In this document: piece by piece, positions 1 through 10,500 of the stretch
How the letters are laid out: the number at the start of each line of letters is the position of its first letter
How positions within the stretch are numbered: the first letter of the stretch is position 1
From: Klebsormidium nitens
Taxonomy: Eukaryota; Plantae; Klebsormidiophyceae
Length of the DNA: 58,206 nt
Assembly: GCA_000708835.1 (NCBI GenBank)
Contig: DF237508.1
Location: 1 to 58,206 of the forward strand
Direction: 5' to 3'
Position numbers and translations under genes: made by a program
Notes under the pieces: model-generated
The model's input: the letters and a program-made list of their open reading frames with translations, nothing else
What the model was told of the DNA's origin: nothing
Database searches by the model: none

Positions 1-113
1 ATCAACCAGTCCCGGATGAGAGCACTCAACCAGGCCCTGCCCGGTTGACGGTCAACCAGACCCCGGTTGAGGCCCGTCAACCAGGCCGGGTCTGGTTGAG
101 AGTCCTGGTTGAG
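1..113. repeat. Tandem array of ~25-bp short palindromic units (TCAACCAG...GGTTGA), probably truncated by the window edge
   Basis: TCAACCAG at 2, 26, 52, 77. GGTTGA at 43, 65, 94, 107, with one GGATGA variant. Most units can fold as TCAACC-loop-GGTTGA. Confidence 0.8.
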
Positions 114-1540
114 TGCGGAAGTGCCCTGTGTTAGACCTTCCGCTACTCCGGCATGGCAAATTAAGCATGGCGATGTGGCTTTTGCAATTTCGATCAAGGC
201 AATCTGCGAATGGATGCGCCAACTTCATGCAAGTGCCAGGTAGTGGCATTGGGGGCTGCTCCGGGTTTTCCAAACTTGATCATGACCGGTGCAGAGGACC
301 TTACTCTTACATGTGAGTCCCTGCCGCAGTGCAAGGGACAACAGCTAACAAGTACCTGCATCCCCGGTCCGAGTCCTTGCACCTCCTACATAAAAGCCAG
401 TCTAGACCGCCACATCAAAATAAAGTTAATAAAGAAGTACCGAATTCATCACTGCGTATCTGCTTCTCCAACCTGCTTGCAACGGTGTCCCTCCAGAATC
501 GCTCATTGCGTCTACATATTCACGGTGATGATCGCTTCGCTAGGCTCCTCAGCGAATCTGCCGCAAAGACAAGAAGCAATCAGCATATGGAACTTTTCAC
601 ACCTTTACGTCCAGAGCACACTAAAAGTTGAACACGCATTGGACCTTCCAGGTAACCGAAGGCGGAAGACTTCGAGAGGTGCAACTTGTTTGTTGCAGCG
701 GCGCTTGCTGGACGGAAGAGCTGCCAACTACATGCAGGACCTCGTGAAGCAAGCGGCCACAGGAGCAAGCGATCTCAAAGTACGGGCTCTTGGAATCAGT
801 TGAAAGTTTCAGAGAAGGCCTGCACGAGACGCTGAGCAGCATCAAAGGCAAACAAATCTCCGGCGGCAACAAAACGAGCAACTCACTTGGCTTCAACCAG
901 TTCCGACAAAGCGGACCCTGTTCTTGTGAGCACCTTTTTCTGCTTCCGTTTGTTCTTCTCGGTCTCTTCCAAGGCGTCATCGTCGAAGGGTACGTCGGGG
1001 CTTGGGACGAAGCTCGGATTCGCCTCAGGGAACCTGCTCAGAAGAATTGCGGGATCGATCACAAGAACGTTTCTCTCAACCTTGTGAGCTACACTTCGTG
1101 GGAACTGGGAGTCAATATTTGGGGCCGAGAGATGAAAAGAAGGCGTCAGGAATACCGCCGACCGGTGGACGCGATCTTCGTGAAGTCTCAAGATGAAATA
1201 AAAGTACGTTGAACCGTCACTTGCTTATTCAAAATTGCGCGTGAGAGCAGATTTCGACGCCCTTCGAGTACAAACCCTCTAGAATATAGAAACAAGAGAT
1301 GGTCGAACAAGTGGTCGTGCGGCAAAATCTGCTCTTTAGAAAAAGCGGACTTGTTACAACTCACAAATGATGATTTGTGGTTCATTATTGATCAAGGAAT
1401 CATCTTTGAAACCACTCACGACTTTAGGTATCAGAACGGCACTGCGGCACTACAACTTTTCGGCGCAATGTCAAACCCTGGAAGAAAGCCAACCTCTAAG
1501 AAACGAAAGACAAGCCGGACAGTACTTTAGGTTCGTTCCC

Positions 1541-4500
1541 TTACTTTCCGCGCACCAACTGCGACATCTGGTCCTCCTGCACGCCCTTCGCGCTTCCGCC
1601 CTTCCGCTGCGCTGCGCCGGACTCCGCTTCCGCCTCCTTCTTCCGGCTAATCGTACGATCCATCTCGCTCAGCTTCTCGCTGAACTTGTCCGACTGTTTG
1701 AAGGTGGGTTTTGGCGCTAACCCGGGTTTCGCAGGCGTCCCGGTTGGAACCTCTCTCACCAGGGGGGCCGAGCTAATGCTCTCGGGCTCCAATGTGGGGG
1801 GCGATTTTGGGGTCTGTTCGCCCCCCCGGGGAGAATCGAGTTTTTGTTGCTGGACGGTGACCAGGAGCTCCGTCGGATCTGGGGCCGGCTTTCCCCCGCG
1901 CCGAACTAGGGGGGCGAGATATGGGGACGTCCTCCCTGACGCCGCAGTGACGTCAGCAGCTTTGGTGTCGCTGCTCTTCTTGGGCCGGGCGGCCGCCGCA
2001 GCGACGACCGCGGCCGCCGGACGGGTGACGTCAGCGGACACGTGGCTGGACGTGGCGGCGCCGATGACGGGTGTCTCTGAGGCGGGCCTAGGCGAACTAG
2101 GCTTGGGCTCTTCCCGCGGGGTCAGCTTCCCCCGCGGGGATTCCGGCGGAACTGCCGGCTTCGGTGCCGGAACCGGATCGCTGGACCCCTTCACGGCGGG
2201 TTGCGCTTCGGCGGGTTTCTCTTGCGCGCTCGCGCCGTCGGCGGGCGGCGGGTTTGGCGGTTCCAGAGGCGCGACCGCGACGCGGCGCGCGGTGTACATG
2301 CGGTAAAACCCGTAAACCCCGAGTATGAGCAGGAACGCGGCCGCGGCGCCGACGACCCCGCCGATGATGGCGGCCAGTTTTGAGTTGGCGACGACTGAGG
2401 CGACGGAGGTGAAGGGGGACGGGGCGCTGGTGGGCTGAGGAGGGGGCGGAGGAGGGGGCTGCGGACCTGAAAAAGCAAAGAGATTGATCTTCTTAGATAC
2501 CGCCGCTAGCTATACGGTGATTTTAAGCCGGAAGTTTGAGGGGGAATGAGCACTGGAGACCCGAAATGAAGCAGTCGCCTCTGGGGGTGCACTAGGGAAG
2601 TCAAGGAGAGTGCAAGCGAATCAGTGCTCCGTTCTTTCCTTGTCCGGAGCACACCTTGCTGTGCGTACTGCCTCAGGTCGCAGGCATCTTTCAGTAAGCA
2701 TTTCGGAATCAGAGGTCAAGGGAAAACCAAGCCCCCAGTCATCTAAGGCTACTGATATTCGAAGTCTAGTGGTGTTAGAGGCTGCTTTGATTGCCCCCAC
2801 AAGATATTGATCCAAGATATTGATCTTGGCACCCACAAGAGAATGACGTCAGCAACCGCTTACCCGGTGCGCCCGGCCCCGGTGCGCCCGGCGGCGGCGC
2901 GTCCGGCGTCAGCACCGGCGTCTTGACGTCAGCAGACACGCCGTCTGCAGCGCTGTAAGTCGCCTTTGACTTAATCGGCACCTTCAGTACTGCCTGCAGG
3001 GTCCCGTTCGTCGACGCGGCCTGGAACGCGCTCAGAATCGCGGCCATGCCCGCGCCGGCCGCGGCCGCGGGCGCGCCTGGGGTTTGGGGGTTTGGCGACG
3101 GCGCGCCGGGCGTGGTACCGTTGGTGAAGTAGAAGGTGTCGTTGGGGTTGGCGTAGTTGAGCGGGTCGAAGCTTGGCTCGGGGAGGGCTTGGTTGAAGTT
3201 CGCGGGGTCGTCGTGAATCTGTTGGAGAGAAAAGGCTTTCGGAACGTTTTCTCGACTCAGCTCGGAAGTGCCCAGAGTTTCAGTAGGTCGATCTCTGCCT
3301 AGTAGAGGAGACATGTCAAGATGGATGAAGTGGACATACAAGGCATATTCACGACTCAACCTGATGAAACCGTCCTGCCCAGCAGCTAAGAGCGGGTTTC
3401 GAAGCTGCCTTATACCACTATCAAAACGACGGCGACTCTTAGCGCGACACCGCGCACCGCCATTGAACAAGCGTGGAGCAAAAGGTTGTGTCTTTTGTTG
3501 CTTTTTATCGAAAAGGACGTTGAAAAACGACCATTTCTGGATTAAATTTAACGGTTCATAGGATATATCAAGGCGCGCGCTCGCGCACCTCCCAGTCCAC
3601 GAGCACGGAGCCCGCTTTGATGCTGACGACCTTGATGCGCGTCGTGTCGATCCCCAGGACGAACGCCAGATTGGACACAAAGTTATTTTCAAAGAAGTCC
3701 GCAATGTTCATGGCCAGCGTGGAAGACACCTGGACAACACGGAAGGTAGGACGCTTGAGAAAAATTCCTGCGGACGAACAGTGGCTTGATTTTACCAACA
3801 GCGTGGAAGACACCCGGTCAGCGAAGCGGGCAGGAGTCTGCAAACAGACACGCAGTAATGTGGAAAGATACAGGATTGATTGCTGGGAAACCAAGGAATG
3901 TTGAAAAGTTGGAGGCTGCAAGTAGCTTCATCGAATGAAAACGTTTCAGGGTGCTTGTTTGCGAATGCAATCGGCGCATTTCCAGAGCTGTTGCGATCTC
4001 CTGTGGCGCGAGGCGTCAGTGGAATCGAGCAGAGTTTTGGTTTTCAGAAAAGTGTTTGGTTTCCCGGGGAGATCCCATGTCACTCAGATAACAATGGGTG
4101 TAACAAAAGAAGCCCCTAACACTCAAAAGCAGCACTAGATGTAATAACAACAGTCCCAAGTTCTCACCAAAACTTGGATTTTGGCATTGCAGTACTTGTA
4201 CAGCCGAGGCCTACAAAAATTCCAAGCAATATGCCTCCTCGGTTCTCACCATGATAACGGGCTCGGTGCGAATCTCCGGGCTGACTCCTCCGCCCCTCAG
4301 CAGCACCCACATGATCGAACTGGGCTGGTCCCAGTAGTACGAACCGTGCGCCGCATTTACTCCCAGTTGCGGGGGTGAAGTGACCGGGTTGATTCTCCCG
4401 GTCCCTTCCAAGTATACGTACAGTCGGTTCGGTTCGAAGTAGTTAATCTTAACCAGGAGCTCCTCGGTGGCCGGAACGTAGGGGAAGTGGAGGCGGAGGT

Positions 4501-7500
4501 TGCGGGGAGGGGTGCCTGGGGACAAGGAAGAATCGGGTTTGGTTAGTGGGAGGGTTGAGTTTGGGGGCTTGGATGAGTTTAGTGCCGGGTCATAGATACA
4601 GAAGTCCTCTGAACTGACTTAGCGGTCGAACAACATAAAAGAGCCCTACATTCTTTAACCGGAGGCTGCGATGCTTCTCAGATGCAGAATCCTGACGAAC
4701 CGATCAAAGTGCGGTAATGTTTCTGGAAAGAGAAAAAGATTGAGAGCCTTTCGGAGCCAAAGTTCTTTGGTAGATGAAGCTCGGAAACCTTTTCCGCGTG
4801 TTCGAGGGCTCTTCCGGATGTTATAAACACCAGAACAAGTGTAGCTCTTTCCCTTCAAGCTCTCACACCAACGGCTCGAAAGCCTTTGTGAAACTACCAC
4901 GAAGTGACGTTCATTTGAATTCAATGTAGAGACGAAAAGGAGAAGTGCTATGTAACTGCTCATTAAGGGAGCAAAAAGAACTTTGAAAAGCAAGGAAACC
5001 GCCTCACCCGTGAAGTTGAGTTCGTACGTCCGGCCAGACCCCACGGACGTCCAGAACGTGGACAACCGCTTCTGACACGTGTAGCCAAAGCACCACCCGT
5101 GGTCAGCGCACCCGGTCATGACGTCAACCACGCCCGAGTTGCCCAGAAGAACCGGGGCAATGCGCCGGGTCTCGGTGTCGGAGTCACGGCTCTCTATGAC
5201 GAACTGCACAAGGGAAGCAAGTGAGTAAGATGGCGGGAGCGAGAACAGGTACTAGACTACCAGGTAAAGCGAGAATGTCTTCACATTACGCACCTTGTGG
5301 TTTTACACTGATGTTCGTGCCTTTTGCCGCAAGCTACACAGCATAAGAATCAGAGTTACGCAAACCTAGGAAGGGCGGGCAAGCGTTGCGTATCTAATTT
5401 CGGGCGTCCTGAAAGCGGGGTGCAACGGTGAGTGGACTCAAGGACTCAGAGCCGCACTACAGCAGCAGGTCTCAGGAGGTGAGGAGCAAGAATGATTTCA
5501 AAGGGGCTTGTGCGATGTGTCCAGACGTAATAAGCGTGAGAAAAATCTCAGAATCATCTTGAAGCGAAGTGCACTTGTTTGGTGTTATAGCGAGATTCCT
5601 AGTCAGATGTTGATCCCAGCCGTTTGCCCCGGCTTGGCTTGTTATATTTACAACCGCTCACCATTCTCTGGTTGAACGGCTGGCACTCATAACCCGCCCA
5701 TACCGTGTTCAGCACACACTGGGGACTATAGACCGCCGTCCCCTGCTGGATCGGCGCCCGTGGGGCGTCGTAATGGCCCACGATGCTGCCACCTGGCACT
5801 CCCATAAAGCTCCCGTCCAAATCTTTAATCATGATATGTAGCGCGCCGTCGCAATCCATGTCGACACAGTCGGACGGGTTGCGCCAACCGGGGTCTGGGC
5901 GGTAAAAATACAGCTGCGCGCCACGTGGCACGTTGTCGAAGGCGATGCGCTGCAGGTCGTGCAGCGGGAAGGCGTCCTGGATTGCAGAGGGGTGGAGACG
6001 TTAGTCTGATTACCGCGCTCTGTTCGGAGCCGTCAAATGCAATTTTGAACGGTCCACATCAACCTTCAGTCCTCCATTCGGATCGCACCAGGTAAGAGTC
6101 TGACACTTATATTCGGACGAAATTGTTTCGACTTTTAAGGTGCAAATTGTCTGAAAGAGTTGCCGTAGGTGCTCGATGCAACGTACTAGGCTGCTCTTCT
6201 CAAGGAGCAGACCCCGTCGACCTTTCACAGAAGTAACCTGACATGTATGTCCTTCCTTAGGCAAGTAATGAAGCGGGGAACTGGACGTCATGAATCAATC
6301 TAAGCTTGAAGCAACGGAACGCTGTGTCAGCTGCTTTTGAATTGAGAGCAGAGACGCCACGTGGCATCCTGTGAGTGGCTCTCTTGCCTGGATCTGCCGG
6401 TTGTTAGAGATGGCGGTACTGGTGCGCCCACACGCGTCGACGCCGGGGAAGTTGGCGAAGGTCACGTTGGAAAGCAGCGCGCGGCCGCGGACCGTCGTGT
6501 ACATCAGTTGCTGCGGAAAGAATACAATCACTGAGTAATGTGAGGAGAAGGATCGGCCCTTCATATTGGTGCATCAGGCATACTCTCTTACTGAACGTCC
6601 GCTAAAACACATGTCTAGAAATCAGCTAACCCCTGACCTTTACAAATCTTGCCCTCAGGATATTCCGCCTTCTCTGGAGTAGCTTCTGATAGACTGGACA
6701 GAGAGACGATCTCGAGACAGACTTACAAAATCGCTGTTCAGCGCTTGCGGCGATACATGTGCCAAGAGGTGGGGCGACTCTGCTTGTTTTCTATAGGGTT
6801 TTTCTGACGTCGTAACCAGCTCCAAGGGTCGAAGGACGGACGATATGAAGGCATCCCTTTTCCAAATGCAATTATTGAAAAAGAAAGCGAAGAATCGAAC
6901 TCAGGCATATGACCTTCATAAAGTACAACCTGACGCAGGCTACCGACTTGTCTCGCAAGCTTTCTTCCAAAGCCCATCGCAAGGCGCATGACCGACACCA
7001 GACACCCATGTAACACTCATATAAATCCTCCGTCCGGCGTTACGTTCCACTCACAATGTCCCAGGGCTTGGGCGGCCCTATGGAGAAGCTCAGCGCAAAC
7101 GTCACGCCTACGATCCCGATGTTCGGATCGCTTGCGGCGTACGATGACCCGGACGGGTTGCTGTGCGGCGGGTCCGCGCACTTTGTGCGCGCGCTTTCGC
7201 CGACCACCAGCGAATCGCTGATGTACACGTGTCCCTCCTGCTGCATGGAGGACTGCTTGTTGACGGTCACGCCGTGCCGGTTGTCCGAGAGGGTGACGTC
7301 AGCAATCTCGACGTCGGACGCGACGTTGGGCGCCAGGATGCCGAAGTCCCAGTTCTGCGAGCCGAGGATGACGTCAGCATAAGCAAGAAGACGCAGGAAG
7401 AGGCGAATATCTTCTTACAGCTCAAGTAGTCTCTCATATGGTCAGTTGAATGTCTGTATCTTGATGCAGGCTCCTCAGAAGCGCTACTTGAAGGATTCAC

Positions 7501-10500
7501 AAAACTGGTCATACAGTAGATGTTCCAATACTAGACGCGAGCGACAATGTGAGGGAGATAAACGATCCGAGGTTTTTGGGCTGGCAGTAAAGGCTTGCAC
7601 GTAAGGAAGCAGGACGTAAGACGCTCATGTCGCAATCCAGTTTGACGACCAAAGCTCTGATGTGCCGTCGCAAATATTCTAGGAGAACCAAATATGGTCC
7701 TAACCCCACTACTCTTAACGCCTGGGACGTTTGAATCGCGATCACGCATGGCAATGAGTCGGGGTTTTTAGAGGGATTTCTGGTAGCTTTTGTAGGGCAG
7801 TCAAAAACTTTTGTTGGGAAAATCATCTCAGCTTACGCAACTCGGCCGACTCACCCTCCAAGCCTGGAACTTTCGGACGGCCGTACACGTCCGCGCCACT
7901 TTCCCGTCCGAACCCTGGTGCAGATACAGCCCGATCAGGCTCGTGTGCGCGGTATTCCCGGCGAAGTCCGCCGTTCCGTTGCAGGAATCCGCTATGACGC
8001 GGAAGCCCAGCCGCTCCGATCCGGCGGCGACGTTGCCCGTAACGGAATTCCGGGGAGCCCAGATCTCATACGTCGCCGGAAGGTGCATATCGTGCGGGGA
8101 TTTCATGACCTTAGTGTTGCCGAGAGCGAGGTTGCGGGCGATCGTGTTGTTGGATCCGGAGAGCAGCACGACGCTGCTGCTGTCGAAGTTGTAGTAGACG
8201 ACGTTGCTGCGGAATTCGAAACCTGCGGGAGGCAATTTTGAGCGTTTAGAGCGTTCCTGCGGCGCCCTGTTCCGATGAGGTTATGGGTAGTCGGCTGCTC
8301 TCTATGGGTCAAGAAGCTCGAGACCTCGAGAACCGGATCAGACGACTGTTTTGGGGTCCCGAACTCAATGCGGGAAAAATCGACTGGATTCGGCTCAGTT
8401 GGGACCATATCCTGCGCCGAAACGTGACCCAGGGTCTTACAGGCGGTTGATGACCATATTCCAGCTTAGGGCATTTTGAGGGGTAAGTCTGGAATGTTCT
8501 GAGCAGCAAAGAAAGGCTCAAAATTCAGCGTCTTCCTCTGAAAGCGGACAGTTATCGAAGCATATTTCAAAGGCAAGTGAGGGCACAAGTAACAAGAGTC
8601 GAAAAGCCTCTGTACCGACCATACCAATCGATTGAAGATGACAACACTTGCTTTCAGCGCAATGGAATCTGCTAGGGATTTGCCAGAACGGTAAAGCTTG
8701 CTTCTTTCAGATTCTAGATGGAAGAAATGAGGGAAAGCACCCACCGTTGGTTCCGCGGATATTGAGCGCGTTGTTGAAACTGTCGCGCATGCTCGACGTC
8801 CGGACGTACGAGCCTGTGACGTCACCCGCGTAAAGGAAGTCGATGACGTTCCGGTCGAGTCCGGCCTGGCCGCAGTGACGGAACTCCACGTTCTCCAACT
8901 GGAACGGAACGGAATTTGCATCGACTTCATTTTTCAGCGGAACAAAGGGCGCCATTTGCGCTACTTGCAGAAGTTGCCCTTGATTGTTTTTTGAACGTAA
9001 ATTGACACACGAAAACCCCAAGTCAAATAATTGCAGGAAAGACTATCTAGAGATCTGCACATTTAGGAACCGGGAGATCGACAGAGGGCAGATCAGCATG
9101 TCTTTTGACACACAAGGGCTTCCAAGTAAAAGAGTGAAAGGAAAGGTTTCCAAAGAGTTGCACACTCAGGGACCAGCAGAGAAGCAGAGGAGCACTGTTA
9201 AGAATTGCCGATGAAAAACACAGCGAAGCACGATGAGGAAATGGACAGCGGAAAACGGAACCCGGAAAGCGGAAAGAATGAACGGCAACCCACCTGCAGG
9301 GTCCCGTTGTATCCGGCATAGGCGCTCACGACCACTCGGCAACCAAACCGGTTATTTTCCGGCGCATCTAGTTCTGGGGGCGGCACCTCCCCTTGGATGA
9401 CGACATTGTGCGTCAGCAGGCCCACCTCTCCTCTGACGTCAAGCTGACGCGTACCGTTTACCAACGGTACCAGGTCCCCGAAGTGTGGGTACCGCGCGCG
9501 GGTTTGCAGGAGCACCGTTAACCCTCCGTTAACCACGCCGTTAACCGTCAAGACTTCGGCTTCTGCCGGGTCCCATCGAGTCGGGGTTAAGACAATCTGG
9601 TCACCCACTAACCAGTCTACTGGGTTAGCGAGGACTATCTGAGTGTCCCCCGGTTGAATCGACCGCGCGAGCTTGGTCCAAGTGCGCGCGCGCGGGGCGC
9701 CGTGTACGGAAAACGTTCCGAGGACGGCGATGCTTTTGGCGCCAAAATTGAGGGCGTCCGTGAAGGCGAGCTCCGGGGAGAAACGGTCGCCGGTGAGAGT
9801 GATGACGGCGGAGTTTGTGTAGGGGTTCGTGCTGTTGCCGATGAGAAGCTCGCCGCCGTTAATGAAGATAGACCTGCGGCAGAGGGGTTTGGTGCGGTCA
9901 CAGCAAAATGACTGATCCGTGAGCAAAAAAAGAACGGAAAAGGAGACTGAGAAAGGAAAGAGAGCGAGACGTATGTCGTCAGCTCGAGATGCCTCACCTT
10001 GTTGGTTTCGAAGAGAATCTCATGAGGTAGTTGAAGCTAGCTTAGGGGCACATCTCAAGGAATGAGGGTCTAATCGTGTTTGCCAGGGGATTCAAAGCTG
10101 ACTAATGACATGAAGTTCAACGGCATTCTTGGAAGATATTCTCCCTCGCATCGAAGGGAAAGCAAACTCGCACTTTGCAACACTGGGCTACCTTTATCAG
10201 TCTCAGGGCTGGCAGGAGTGGCTTGGTAGAAATGAAAAAAACATCGAGCTTGTGTCCATTGAAGCGCGTTCTTAACGTTCCGGGCCTGAAAGATCGATAT
10301 TTTGGCAAAGAATTCATGTCCGAGATTGGACACAGGCTGGAAGAGAAGGACAGCAGACATTTTCCGAAGGAAAGAAGCGGGCCGCTGCCCTTTATTCGAG
10401 TGCAAGAAGCGCTGACGCACCCTGACGTCAGCTTCAGGTCCAGCGGCGCAAACACCATGGTCCCCTCGATCGTCAGCGACTTGAGCCGGGGCGAATCGAC

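Noticed and set aside
1541-1700. WH2 actin-binding motif at the end of the cytoplasmic tail
   Set aside because: There is no LL..I helix followed by an LKK[V/T] motif, only a generic charged helix.
1686-2306. 206-aa plus-strand ORF and similar ORFs (17599-18159, 19968-20330, 24943-25230, 26686-26901, 49611-50030, 50565-51134)
   Set aside because: These are antisense shadows of GC-rich exons. The opposite strand carries the recognisable protein and splice sites.
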